A stretch of 64,000 bases of DNA, from NCBI RefSeq assembly GCF_052425735.1, contig NC_135767.1, positions 11,718,001 to 11,782,000 on the forward strand, given 5' to 3'. The DNA is from Oculina patagonica. Its lineage: Eukaryota. Positions 25,756 through 40,600 of this stretch are shown here, one piece after another. Made by a program: the position numbers and the translations under genes. The notes beneath the pieces are model-generated. The model worked only from the letters and a program-made list of their open reading frames with translations, was not told the DNA's origin and searched no databases. Within the stretch, counting starts at the first letter, position 1. Every line of letters begins with the position of its first letter.

Positions 25756-26083
25756 GAACATTTGCACAAGACAAGAACAATAGTATCCATCGAGAGAAAC
25801 AAAATCAACAGCATATCTGTAACTGCTTCTTGAGAAACAATTAAAAACAATGATTAACGAATAGAGTATTCACAATCGCATATGTATTCAATCACTTGCT
25901 CTTAATCCCTACTTGGAGCCTCCGTATCACTTTGCCTGTAAACGGGCTCCGAGTGTTGGGGTAGTGAAGCGAACTGAACCACAGGCTCCCCAAGCGTATT
26001 GTGTGTAAAAACAGACTGAACGTGGTCTGGGAAGCGGTAGGTCTGGAGAAGATCTTTTTTTCCGCCATTATACCTACACAAGT

Positions 26084-26370
26084 AGGAGGCGCGGCGGCTT
26101 AATGGTTAGAACGCCGGATTTCGGATCGAACGGTTCGAGCCCTGGCCGGGGTCGTTGTGTTCTTGGGCAAGACTCTGTACTCTAACAGTGTTTCTCTCCA
26201 CCCATGACCGGAGTATAAATGGATACCGGCGAGTGGGGCAACCGGACAGAATACTGGGGAGTAACATGCGATGAACTAGCATTACATCCCGAGAAACGAA
26301 ATGTTTGGTGCTACAGAAACCAAAATTAAGCGCCGAGTGCTGAGGCAATTGGGCTTAAAAGGCTTTACTA
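26084..26370 (+). mobile_element. SINE family 2
   Basis: tRNA-like head (GGCGGCTTAATGGTTAG..GGTTCGAGCCC), then TTGTGTTCTTGGGCAAGAC core. Confidence 0.75.
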
Positions 26371-26923
26371 ATACCCCATTAGGTAACCCCCTGTTGATCG
26401 ATTGATTGATTGGTCATTTGGCCAAAGGGGCACAGTTTTGGTATTCCTCTTGATGGAATTAAAGGGTTCATATAGGTTATGACCAAAAATTAAAAAGGCA
26501 CATTCCGAAGATTTATTTTAAATTTTTAAACCATTTTATGCCTTCTAAGCATTCAAACAAAGCTCGAGTGTATCCAGAATTTGCCGTAAGCTTCAGTTGT
26601 CAAACAAATAACACGAAGTACACCGAGCCAACGCGTTGTTAATTTTTTGGGTTTGTTTGTTTTGCTTTTTTTTGTTTGTACGACCGAAGGCTAAACAAAT
26701 TGCGTGACTCATCGAAATTTCCGCTGCACTATTCACTGAAACATCTACAAAAGAGGGAAAGAGCGAGTTCACAACAAATAGCACCAAGTATTTTAAGCAA
26801 CGACCAGGGACAAACATGGCAGCAAGTTGAAGATGCGAGTCGCACGGCAGTTGTTGTTGTTGTCGTTGGTTAGGAGACTGCATGAGAACGCAGTTTGATA
26901 CAAAACGAGAGCACAAATTCAAA

Positions 26924-27124
26924 TAGCCAGCGAGCAGGCTCTCCATTCGGGGGCAAGGTGAATTGAACTCCTCGAGAGCCAAAGGCGCGATCCCGCGAGT
27001 GTCAAACGCCCAGCGGCTCGCTTCGCTCGCCGACTCGCGCCTTAGGCACTCGCAGGATCACGCTTTCGGCGTTGGAAGGGTTCAATTCACGTTGCCCCCG
27101 AATAGAGAGCCTGCTCGCAGGCTG
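26924..27124. mobile_element. Palindromic MITE with TAGCC-type ends
   Basis: TAGCCAGCGAGCAGGCTCTCCATTCGGGGGCAAGGTGAATTGAAC arm and its inverted copy; degenerate 9-bp flanks AAATTCAAA / GAATTCGAA. Confidence 0.7.
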
Positions 27125-28607
27125 GAATTCGAATTATCGAAGAATCGCGCTCTCGCCCAGGCCATCCTGTCTGGTGTGGGCCTAGCGCGAGTTAGATCCT
27201 GGGCGCCATTATGTTGAGTCACGAGTCAGATGGAACAAATTATGCAAAACGAGAAAAATAGTATCTTTATTTTGATTTAAGTTATAAATAGTTCCTCATT
27301 CTCTTTAATTTTTTGTCGTATTTACAATGTTGACAATTATATACCTTTTCTTAGTTTCTAACAATAACAGTATTTAATACATCTTAGAAAAATATACTAG
27401 CTAAAGAAACGAGGAAACAAGATAAGAACTAAGAATATTACTTGCCAAGAACAATGAACTGGAAATCACAAAAATAATTCTTAATTCACGTGCGTCCCAT
27501 TAAGCAGAGAAAGTTTAGCAGATCATGTTGTCCTTATTACTACTCAAGGAAAACTGTTATTTCTAGGGTACATAATTGCGGGGAGCGACCAGCAACAGTT
27601 TTTGTTGCTTATTTTATGCTGCACTAACTTCTAGAGGATAGCCATTATGCAGGGTTTTACAGATCCCAGAATGGTACTTTAAGATCAGCACCTTAGAAAG
27701 TCTCGTTCGCAGTATTCTTTTTGACTAACACGCAACAGTTCTCTTTGCGTGATGACTTAAGACCGCTGTGAAAGGAACTGTCTCAAATCAAGTTTAGGTT
27801 TAGCTAAATCTCGTTATCTACCTACAGAACATCGCATCTTTTAGAAACAGTTTTCACTGACATCCTTCGACAAGTGAGAAGAAAGCATAAGCAACATTGC
27901 GTAGGCCCTCTGGGTAAATAAGAGCAGCAAAGTCTTCTGACTTCGCAAAGATTAGTTTCTGCTACTCTGTGCGTTGTTACTGTGCGACTACTTTAACCAA
28001 TTCAAGGCCTGCTGACAAAATCTGCGCAAAATAGGCAATGAAAACCTTGCATGTAAACACTAGATTTCCCACAAATTGGGGATATACACCGGCTGTACGC
28101 TACAGAAGCAATAAATTTATGACCATTTTTAAGTTAAAGAAAACACTATTGGTGAATTTGTGAAGAATTTGATTGGGTGGCCTTGGCTGGAGTACTCGCA
28201 CTGTAACAGCTCTCGAAATTAAACCTGTGGAAAATAGTATCCAAGAAGAAACGTAGACAGTTTGCCGAAACACAAAGATTAGTTCAGGAACTATCATTTT
28301 CTTCAGATATTTGAATACCGTTCAACATAAAACGCAAGTTTGTTTGAGGTTTAGGCGCACAAAAAAATAGCTATCGCTTAGAAGAAAATTATATGTACAA
28401 ATACGAATACAAATGCGGATACTAATTGCATGTAAATTCAGTATAAACAACAAAATACTGTATAAATTCCAGAGATGCACTTTGTATCGTATATTCTTAT
28501 GTGTGCATATAGCACATAATATCACCCTTCTAAAACTCTAAATAATTCTTCCGTTTTCCAGCATTGCGCGAACTTTAATTCTAAACACACTATATATATC
28601 ATCATTT

Positions 28608-31600
28608 TCATCGAGGACTAGGTTTGCAGTCTTCAACGTTTACGTAAGCAAGACATCCTACATGAGGTATTTTCATCAGCGCACATGAAGCGCAAAGAAC
28701 ACCGCCAGCAACTTTAACGTTTCCACCCTAGAAAACAAATAATTAAACAAAATGATTAAATAGGCTACAGATACGGTATTTTAGTTAATTCTATTTGTTT
28801 TCGTTAATTAAGAGCTCAAAACTTTAAATTGACAGGGCAAAAGTCTTTTCTTGGCAAAATCACGACCATATACAATCAAGAATGATTTTCGAGCATTGTA
28901 AATTACACTTTCATACAAACTGAGATAAACTTGAAGAAAGTCGGGCCTACGCTTTTCAAGTTTACCCGAACGCAATCCGTTTCAATCTTCTCGAAATTGG
29001 CACATCCATGCCCCTTTTTTGGCCTTTCTGTGTTTCTTTTGAGTTCTTCTACAGTTTTAATCCTTTATTGTGATATTTCGGTTAATTCTATGAACAGTTA
29101 GTCAGTGTCGAAATTGCCTCAAAAGAGAAGAATAGAAACTAGTTACGAGAAACAGGCAATATGGCCTTCTTACTTACCAAAGTTATGTCTTCTTTTTGGA
29201 TTAAAACATGAGGACGCGGAGAAAAGTCGATTGGTGTCTTGCAACTTACACAGATGGCCGGCTGAAAATTAAAACGAAAAAGTAACCGTCACTGCACTCG
29301 GCACTTCCACCTTGACCCTCGAGCCAAACATATCCCCGTACAGCCCTCTCACTCAGTCAATAAGTTCATAATACATGAAAACACAATAGCACTAAACAGA
29401 GTGAAAGACATTTTTCTTTTAACTGATTTTTAACTTGAATCCAGATAACAACCGAAAAATGGGCATCGTTTTCACTCTCTTTCTCTCAGTCTTAACTTCA
29501 GTAGATCAAAATGACAATGAATAATTTACGACAGAGCAACGTCCTTTTGTCTAAAATTCGGGTTCATATTCCCATTTATTTTTGCTTTTCATTTTCGAAT
29601 TAAGAAATACGGTGTACAACATCAGATATTGGTGATCAAGTTCTACAGTGTCGTGAATGTATCTATTCAGTAAGTTTGTTATTACACTTTGAGGAAAATT
29701 TAATGTTGATTAATAAAATGGCTGAAGTTAAGGAAGAACAAGTACCTGAGTAAATTCCTTCGGTGATATTGCCTTCACAAAATGCTCCTGTCAATGAAAA
29801 CAAAAAAAGTCCAGCTTAGAGATCCCTTTTTCTGTATGTGAACTGATAACAAAGAAAACACTGAACTATTCGTGTATTGTTAAGTTTTGTTGAGCCAAGG
29901 GTCGTGTGCGCCTAAATGTTTAACATTCACAGGTACGAAGCCTATCAATAAAAGCCAACAAGAAAGCGCAGAATTCATTGGAAGTGCAGCAGTTTGTCTT
30001 ACCTTTCTAGAGCCAAGAATGCCAAGGATTGTACTATTTAGTTGAAGGCACTTCTTTGCACGACTAACGGCTACATACACCAGGTTTTTCTCGTCCTCTC
30101 CGTGTTCATCTAAAGATATTCACGAAGGTTTTTAATTATAAATGCGGAGGTGTAAAAAATAACCAGCCTAGATGGCTAGGTCAGGATTGATTTTTAAATT
30201 ACATCTCGAGTGAATATTAACACACAGTGGATACTTCGGAGCAAGCAAGTACATACAGGTGTAAGTGGTAGCTGCCTGACACAAGTCACCTTCTAAGTAT
30301 TTTTACTTTACGACCGACTGCTGCACGAGATAAACAAGTACCTTATTACATGAAATTTTCGCGACACGTTAATTTCGCGAATTTCGCTATTCCAAAATAA
30401 TCGCAAAATTAAAGTGACGCAAACAATTGTCGCAATTGTCGCAAACAAGTGTCGCGAACATAACATGACGCGAAAATTAAGTGGCTCACATTTATGTCAA
30501 CAATCAAGAAAGAATAAGTTTAGAACCACTGAATGAAGGAATCTTCAATGTAAATGGACGTTGTCGTCAATTGCATGACTCAAGAACAATAACTCACATA
30601 TAAGCAGTACCTACTTGTAGAAATAGTGAGAACTTTGTTGTTGCTATTGCCGAGATTTGGTCCCGCCCTTGCGTTTTGGTTTTTTTGACGTTATTGTTCC
30701 TTTGATGAAGTCGTTTTATTTAATTCAAGGGCATGTTAAATAATACTGCCACGGAAATGTACATGTGAAATTAAAGTGATTCAAAATACAAAATTTTCGC
30801 GAAATCGCGAAATTTAAGTGTCGCGAAATATGCGCACCTCAAAATCGCGAAATTAACGTGTCGCGAAAATTTCGCAAATGTCGCGAAAATTTCGCAAAGA
30901 GTAGGGCACGAAGCTCCCGGTGTTGTGGTCTGGCCTTGTGTAGTAAATTACAGTATGTGTACAGCGCATTTGAACATATATATATATATATATGAAAAAT
31001 GCGCTATATAAATTCATTATCATTATCATCATGTAATAAGGGCTTCAACTGACAAAACCATACAATCGCCACATGTGGGGGGGGTGGGACGGGCAGTAGC
31101 TCTTTCAAGGTCTCAAGTGAATGGTTCGCTACATGTACCTTTTGAGAAAACAATTGAACAGCCCCAACAGAAGCAACTGGTACACTAAAGGACAGGTTGA
31201 ATTACAAGCTTACGAAAGCTGCTACACTACTGCATCTGGCCCTTGACAGCGCTAATGACTACTTAGAGCTCGAAGCAAATCCGAAATGGTAGCAAAACAA
31301 CACCTACTACAACGACACTGACAACCGCCTGACCACCACCAACAACAACACTCGGTGATTGGTGTGGGTTTTCTAAACTTGAGAAGAATAATTGTGTATG
31401 TCAGAAAATGTTGCACGAGTTTTTGTTAAAAATAAAATAAATGAATAAACTATCTTTATTTAGACACGTTGAGGATTAAAGCTATAAGTTTGTCGTGGGC
31501 CGTGTATTCCTGATTGAATTGGAATTTGGAAGTGTTGATTTTTGTGGAAGAAGGAAAACTGGAAACCTGGAGAAAAACCCTCGGAGCGAGGACGACAGCC

Positions 31601-34600
31601 AACAACAAACTAAACCTACATATGACACCGAGCCAGTGTTCTCACCACTGCACCATCCCTGCTTCCCTCAGCTGTGTAACCAGCTTAGCCACAACCAATC
31701 CAAATGGTAAGCTGCTCAAACAGCCCCTATTGACAATTGGTTTAACTCACGCATTGTCATCCCAATGTCTGATCCTGGTAGAAAGTCATCAGTCACTCGA
31801 ACAGTATCGAACTCAAGTCCTTTGGCTTTGTGTGCCGTGGAGAAAATGGTATCTGGAAGGGGAAGAGGACATAAATAAAACGAAAATAGCCATGGTGGCG
31901 TAATGTTACCGTGCTGGGCTTGGTATTTGACCCATTACAACGGTCTCTGTGTTGTGCTCTTGGGCAAAACGATTTACAGCTCAAGAAGAATTCTGCTTAA
32001 AGTTCGAGCAATGAGTGCAAAATCAATTACCAAAAATCTACTAATAGTTCAGTTACATTTTGTACACTGTTTGAAACGTCTTACTGTATTCCATTTCTCA
32101 ACACATTGACCCCGCTTTTAAATTCTAAAGCATTCTCGAGAAAGTCAGTTTCAAACCTCGTAAGAAGAGCTTTAAAACGTGTGTTGTTTTGTATTTAACT
32201 GACGCAAAACGTCCATTTTACCTAACATATGTATAATTTCAAATTCGTTTCTCTCTAGCGGGGTCAGTTTGAGAGCTAAAATTTCTATAGGTTCTTGTTA
32301 ACTGTACATGTTTTAAAACTGTGACCATGCTATACATGTAAGGACTTTTAGGTAACTTTATTTTAAATTTTGCCTTTATTGCTCAAATATTTAGCGGAAA
32401 CCGTCTTTCCTCTTTCTCCTTTCCTTCCGGGTATATAAATAGGTACTGGCAATCTGGGGCCTAATCCTGGAACGGACGGGTAGATCTGGGAGGGGTTGTT
32501 TTTTTTTTGTCACGTTGTCGGTCTGATGTCTTCAGTTATTTCACTAACCTGCTTGCTGTAAGTTGGCAACGGCTTTTGACTTTATCTTCTCGATTCTATG
32601 CTGCAACAGCACGTGGTGCGTCTCAACGATCTATTGTATGAATAAAAAAATGTTAACCCTATATTTCCCAAGAGTGATAACACAAAATTAATTAAATTGA
32701 AAAAAAAAAAAAAAAAACTAAATAAGTAAATGCAAATTAGGAGGTAAAAATGGATTTAAGAGTCCTGTCTGCAGGTGGAGGAAGAACACGGGGGTCAATT
32801 ATTTTTTGGAAAAAGAAAACAAACTTACAAAGTGTTATACATTCGAATTATTGTCCACTGATAAAACAAGAGACAGTTTGATACATGTACATGAACGGTA
32901 GTTGGTAATTACCCTGACTGACACAAAAACAGCTGCTTAGAAATGTCACATTTCTCAAGATTCTTATGTCACAATATCTGGAATGCTCACATGATTTACG
33001 TAATAAAGGTTCTTCGGGTGCCTGGGAAGAAGATTTGCCATAAACAACCTTAATTTTTGGCATTAAACAGGGTCCTGGTGGCACAAACCTTAATCTTGCC
33101 AAGCAGTTCAGGGTCTGGAGCAACTTTGGCATATTTCTTTAACTCCGAAAATGACCTGAATTTCTTGATCAAAGGGTCCTTGATACCTAAATAAGCTGAA
33201 AGAAAACAACGAATTTCTCAAGGGCGAAACACGTTAATTGAGCCACAGTTAAAAATATAGTGTGTGCATGTATAGTTTTCCCTATAATTTTTATATATCC
33301 AGTTATCCTGTCACCCATTTCTTTCTTTTCTTTCTTAAAACATTCCTAAGATCAGCAAACCGTCAAAATCATCATCAAAACTAGGCAGGTTTAACTCTTA
33401 CTAACAGAGCTAATAACTATGACTATGACAAAATGATGCAAAATGATGAGTCTACATGTAAATTCGCCAAACTCACTCACCTTGATTTGTACCAGCAGTA
33501 AAGAGCTTGTGAATATCCAACACGCGGTCAAGAGCAAGGCCTTGTAAACCCTAAAAACAAAACCATTGTGATAAGCAACACAATTAACATTCTAGTAACA
33601 CGATGTATTTTTAGCAGTTACAGCCCATGCAGATTCAACCGTAAATAAAAAAAAAAAATTCATCTAACAAAAGTTCAAACTATTTTTGTACACAACACTA
33701 CACCATAGTTACACTTAAAATGAAAACTAACAAAAATAAATTAAGTTCTCGAACAAAAGACTAATCATGGCTTACCCCGACAAAACCAACTTTGGTGTTA
33801 TTATTTGCACAACAAACGTTGACCGCCTCATTAAATAGTGTGTAATTACAGCGTGTAATAATGCACAGTTGACCAGATCTCTCGCCCATCACAGAACCTT
33901 TAAAATGAAAAAAATAGCAATACACCAATCCAGTTGAACAGTATAAATCCTTTACACAGAGACTTATGTACATGTATGTACACGAGGGCGGTGAAATGCA
34001 AACTAGTATAAAAGTCAGGTGAAGTTTGTCTTTTTTCCACAATCTCAAGCTCACAGCCTCATTTGGATATTTACAAAGTTGCACAAATGTTTAGGAGGGC
34101 ATGTGTCGGCCATTATTATGCCTTTCAGTAGCAAGCATTGATTGTTGGTCATTGATTTAACTACACTTGTCGCGATCACGTACATGTAAACAATAAAAGT
34201 ATCATCAGTATAATTCATGCTATCTTTGGCGTTTCAAGAACGAGGAATACCGATGCATGTGCAACCCACCAAAAACAATTCTTTAATTAGTTACTTTAAT
34301 TTGGACCAAGTGCAAGTTTCATTTTTGTTTTGTTTGTTTGTTTTTGCAGTAGCCTAATAACCAAATGTATATGTTGTGGCTCAATTTTATCCTTGGTTCA
34401 AATTGTATTTCCCTTTGTTTAAAACTCATTTTCATACATTACCATACCCAAAAACAAAGGAAAATAAATTTTGAAAACAAGATAACATTGAACCACCACA
34501 TATTCACTGCATGGACGAGCAAAACAAAATGGTACTCACCTCTCTTAGATCCACCAACCAGAGTCTTGTTTCGTATGCCTTTCAATACATCCAGCACACA

Positions 34601-37600
34601 AGATGCCACATAGGCTATCTCAGGCCCAAATCTAAATGACTATAAACCAAATGAAAAGTTGAAAATAAAAAGACAAAGTACAAAGTACACTGCTACAGAC
34701 TTGATGTATTTAATAGAGCAAAAACGTTCACGTTAGCTATGCCTTGTTGTAACATACAGCTGACGCTTGACCATTTAAACTTATAGTTACTGAACAGTAG
34801 TTTTATGGGGTGCTGTTTGTTTTAAAATTTTAGCGGAGCTCCCCAGTGGCCCAAAGAGCAGCAGAGTGGTGCCCCATAACCAAAAACAACAACAAAGAAA
34901 TAGCAAAAGCATGCACTTGATTTTGCATGGTCATCATCCCGACATGGCTAGCAGCATGGATCGCAGGGACATGCATACAACAGAAATACCGGTACATTAG
35001 GCTAACATGAAGGTTAACTTAAGCTAACAGATTTGATACTAGGCTTTCATGTTATGGTCACAGCTGTCGATACAAGGTATCTGCTGACCATATTGCAGGC
35101 TCAGGTGCAGAACTCATCGAGATAGCGTGTTTTATTAAAGTTGACTGTTGACCAAATAATGGTTTTCCAAGATCGCGGGGTCAAGTTCTATTTTTTTCTT
35201 CTTGTCTATGATTAAAATAAAGGGCAAGGTAAAAACCGGGGAGCTCTGGTTTTAGGCTCAGCTTAATCTTTTTAGTAAACTTTTTTAAATCATAAACGAC
35301 TGACCTGAGTTAGGTAGAAAGTGTGAGTACTCGCCACCTCCTGAAGGGCATTTCTTGCTCCTCTAAAGGAATAAATCTGTTGATGAGGATCACCAACCAA
35401 AATCTTGGCACAAGACTGTCTGAGAAGAATGTCTGAAGCAGCTGCAGAGTTCAGATAACAAAAAAGGTCAAAATTATTCCAATTCAGGTAAACTTACAGC
35501 AACATTTCCTAAGCAATTTACTGACAGCCAATTATACTCCCATGCGGAGAGAGGTATTGGAAGAGTAAAGTATTTTGCACAAGAACGCAGCCTCTTGATC
35601 CAGATTCCAACACGTTAACCATGTGAAAATAGGGATCTTTAAATCGGAGTACAAGCCTGAATACGAGAAGGACTTGACAACCCTAGGGCTTGTGCTTCCG
35701 ATTATACACATTTCGCACACAAATACTGCATTGTTAGTCTCCTTTTCAAATGGTCAGCCAGTTGTATTTCCACCCCTGGGGATATGCTAACTTTATGGTG
35801 ATGCACATGTACTTGTGTACATCACATTGAAGTTAAGTTCCAATGCTTTGTACCACCTTCAGCTCAGTCAGTATAAAGCCAAACTCAATCAACTTTTATA
35901 TGATAAATGCAAGTGCAGCCATACTACTGAAAACCTGAAAAAAAATTTCAGGCTATGGCATGAGCGGGAATCGAACCCACGATCTTTGCGTTATCGGTGC
36001 AATACTCTACCACTGAGCTATCAAAGCCACATGAGAGCTCACCTCGTATATGGGTTAGCGCTTTATATGGACATGATACTCAACCAAAGTATACGTGTAT
36101 GTGAAATAAATGAGTGTGTGTCCAGCAGTAGCTGCAATGAAATAATTATATATTTTCTTCTCAATAACAAAGTTCTCACCAGGAGTACAATCCTGAGCTT
36201 CGTCAACAAGCAGGCAATCATATCCATCCAAAACTGGTCTGTTAAGCTGAAAGATCTTGAGGTAACCTGAAAAAGTAATATTAATAACAAAATGATATAC
36301 CGATATTCAGGATACTACAAAATGTACAATATCATATACATGTACCTCAAATGAAGGACTTCAAGGTTTAATCAAGTTTTTTATATGCATGGATAAAATA
36401 CTTGTGAACTGTACACATTGTAGCCATTGACAGCAGGCCAGGAGAAAAAGGAATAAGGTGAAGTGAAGTGAGGTGAGGTAAGGTAAGGTATACTGAAACT
36501 TGTGAAGTGAAGTGACAAATGGAACCTACCATCATGGGTGATAGGGAAGTCCTTATCTCTCTGATCTCTCATTCTTTGCCACAGAAGTTCAGCATGGGAG
36601 ACAACTTTCTACAGTTACAGTACACAGATTGAAATAATTGATATTACAATGTTAGTTTTACCTTTTAGGTCATTATGGTTTGTTCAAGTACATGTACAAT
36701 GTACATGTTGTGGTTTAAATTTGTCTTTGGTTTAAAATTTTTCAAACCAGTTTGATTTATATTTTCTTTTGTTTCAGAATGTTTGTGAAGGAAAAAGCAG
36801 AAGGAAAGGAAAAAAAAAAAGGAAAATGAAAGTTCATGAACTAAGATTTAAAATTAGGTACATGTACGATGACATTTAGAATGATATTAATTTTTTTGTT
36901 GATAACAGGACACAAAAACACTGAAGAATACCCCCCAATCCTGAAGTGATTATTTGGTGTTGTTGTTGTTGATTGCTCATATTTTTTTTCTTCTCATTAC
37001 TTTGTTGTCCTAATAATGTCCTAATAATTTACAGGTTGGTTACTGAAGAAAACTGTTTACTGATAAAACCCAAGCTACAAACCAACCAACCTGAATGTAC
37101 TTGTCACTGTTCAAGTACTTCATGTCTGCACCATGATTCCCAAAGATTGACTGAACTATGTCACTTCCCTCTGATAAAGACCCCTCCACGACTGCTCTGT
37201 TGGCACGAGGCACATGTTCGGGTCTTACAGAAGTGTCAGCAGAGGCTATGAAGTTTTTGAGAGTATCTTCAACTCGTCTTGCATGCAGATAGCCACACTC
37301 GTTTGGGAGGGCATTCATGATGGTGCTTATCCGCAGGCCAAAGGCAAGCTTATGTTTGTATCTGCAAATATTTTTTTTATTATTATTATGAAAGGATTAT
37401 TTTGAAAAGGCAGATAAACAAGGCATTATTTCATGCAACTTGTCTGGCATCTGAACATGATGCATTGCACCAAACCATGAAGAGTCGCATGGGGGATGTT
37501 AGAACTCTTAGAGAGTACCGTTGTATTATGATGGCAGGGCTAGCTGTCGTTAAGTTTTTTAACCAGCCGTCACATTGACGTTTTCACTAACATCCTGTAA

Positions 37601-40600
37601 ACTTATTAGCCCAAACAGGTGTTACAGGTTATGGCTCTTAATGACAGCCCTGTGATACTGTATGGTATGCCTAAGTTACTGCAATGTATATTCCTTGCTC
37701 ATATTTGAAATAGTGACTGACTGAAACTCAGGTTGTAACTGCACAATGTCATGTATTTGTAACATGCTAAAATTCAAAACACAATCTATTCAAAAAAAAA
37801 AACAATGTAGACACTACATATATTAATCTCATGTGAATATTTTTGTCATCGAGGCACATCACGAGAAGTACATGTACATACAGTAATGTGAATAGAAAGT
37901 TCATGTTGAATCTTTGAAGTCTATTGAGTAAGAAATAAATTACATGCACTTGTAATTAAGCTAGCTAGGTAGTGTGCTTATGCACATAAACAAAACGAGG
38001 AACAAAGAGAAGAAGCAAACAACATTCCATCTTACTAACCGGAAGCCCACACCTCTGAAAGCCAAGGAGTGGATGGTTCGAGACTCAACATTGCTGGGGA
38101 AAGTCTTCAGTGCATGTTGCTGAATTGATCTGTAAAAGTTGGAATACAAGTGACAAAATTCAGTGGAAAGTTGTACAATATATGATAATTATGGCTGCCA
38201 GTGGGTAATTTTACAATAAACATTTAAAGTGTACTTAATTAAACTGTATTTAAAATAATAACTGTATTTACAGGTATTTAGGTGCAAAATAGACTGATCA
38301 TCAAAATATCTAATATTGTTTATTAAACATTCAAATATCATAATTATCATAACATTACTGTAGTTTGCATACAGTGCATATATACAGTCTAGGCTTTTTT
38401 AGTATTATCATAGAGAAAGGAGTACATTATTTTGCACTTTCAGGGGTTTCAAAATGTTTTGAAGCTGCAGGCATCAGCAACCAGTAGAGTTGGCAGCTGC
38501 AACAATTTGTGCCAGACTTGTTTGTTGTGAGTTGATTGCTATGACCAGTGAGAGTAATAAGTGATATATAATCAAGTAGTCGGCAGAACCCCGGCAGTCG
38601 TCGGCTTGTTTTGAAAACCATGTACCTCACAAGGTGGCTGGGTCACGAGCTTCTAAAAGGGTGATAATACAGCATACGAGAATAAATTTGGTGGGTATTC
38701 TGTGCAAAATAATCTTCACTCACTTATTGTATGCCACATTGAGGAACCGTTCCATCGGCCTCATCTTGGTGTACTCAACTAACGTTGTTGTCTTTCCAGT
38801 TCCTGAACAAACCAAATAATTTCAATGTATTATCATGTGTGCTTTAATTTATTATTATTAATCATTCTATAACTCTAACAAGATTTGTCCCATAGAAAAT
38901 GCATCGCCGAGCCCTCCAGCAAGCATGATGCATTAACACACCCCTATGTACCATGTATACTTTAAATTACTGGACATCAAATTAAACAGGGATGTTTGCA
39001 AAAAAAAAAAAATAATAATAACACAAGCCAGTTTGTTAAGAAGACCAGCCAGCTCTTACAGCCTTTATACATTGAACATCAAAATAAAGTTTATAAATTA
39101 TCCCTAACAATTTTGTTTCCTAGTGCATTTTAATTAAAAATAATCTTGAAATCTTTACCCGCAAATGCTACAATTTTTATGATCTCTCCTGACTTAACAT
39201 CATGCTTGATGATTTGCACTTGTTCATGCGTGAGCTGTAGCTTGTCAGTGGCAGATCTAAAGAGTAGATATTAAAAAGTTTACAATTTATATTTATTATT
39301 AGTAACATACCAGTAATTATCATTCTTGTCTTTAACAAAGTAAGCTGCCCATTGTTAGGAGCTCCACCCAGGAGTATATTAAATTAATGGGTACCAGTGA
39401 ATTGCTGAGTAGCCTGTGATGGACTAGCATCCCATCCAGGAAGAGTAGCAATACAGTAAAAACCCGCGTATAAGAACCTAGGTTTTTTTAAAGTTAGCCT
39501 AAACAGGTTCTTATATAAATGGTATTTTAGTGTAAAATTAGGCTAACTAGGTTCTAAATTAGGTTCTTAACTTTTGTTCAAGAAATAAAGTAGAATTTTT
39601 AAATAATCTGCTCTTTAATGTCCAATAACAGTATTCTTGGAGGCTTCGGTAAGCAAAATACTATACTATTTTAATCTGATTCTGTTAAAACTATACTGTA
39701 ACCTTCACTATAATTCCCAATAAATCTTGTATAGATCTATGCTGTAACTATGATGTGTACAGACTGTGTTATAAATATATTTTTGAGAAGATTTTTTAAT
39801 TCTATATTTTTGAGAAGATTATTTTACATGTAATTTTCTTTTTTGAAAATAAGAACCTGTTTTAGAATCCAGCCTAAAATGGTTCTTATGTGAAGGGTGC
39901 TTAAAAATGAAATTTTAGCCTAACAGGTTCTTAAATGTTAGGTTCTTATATAATTATGTGGGTTTTTACTGTACTCCTAGCCGCTTATTGCCACAAAAGT
40001 GCCAAGAGCTATGAGCAAGTTAGGCTTAAAAGAATTTACTTTATTTTTACTCTTTCAAATCAAGTGTGCTCCTCATGTACCTGTATCTCATCATTGACTG
40101 CTGTCCAGTAGAATTCTGACCAAACACAGAGCCAATTGAGGCACATGTGGCTTCAAAAGCATTCTCATACAAATACAATGTGTAAAAGACTCTGTAGTGA
40201 AGCCTGATTGGAGATAAATAATGCATTGTATGAGGCTAGGGAAAAACACTTACTTATATTTACATGTAGCAATAAATTATAAAATAAATTATTAAGATTA
40301 AAAGTGCCCAATGAATTAAAAAGTTAAAATTAAAAAATGTCCAATGAAAATCAAAATTAAAGTGCCCAAAGAATATAAAATATGACAGATACATTTTTGG
40401 CATCCAATTCAACTTTGTGAGTGTAGCTATAAAATAATAATCATCTCCTATCCAGCAAGTCATGGTAATTAACATACAGTGTCTGTACATCAGTGAACAG
40501 TACACATGCTGTATGCCAACATGAAGTCAGTTTACTTGCTTTTCATACTTACAGTATATAGAGCTGGCATACAGATGAGCTAAAGTTTCGGTATGCTGCA

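Noticed and set aside
33040-33120. Degenerate duplication of the FBH1 exon 16 end as an alternative donor
   Set aside because: Using it reads into an in-frame TAA; likely a neutral local duplication.
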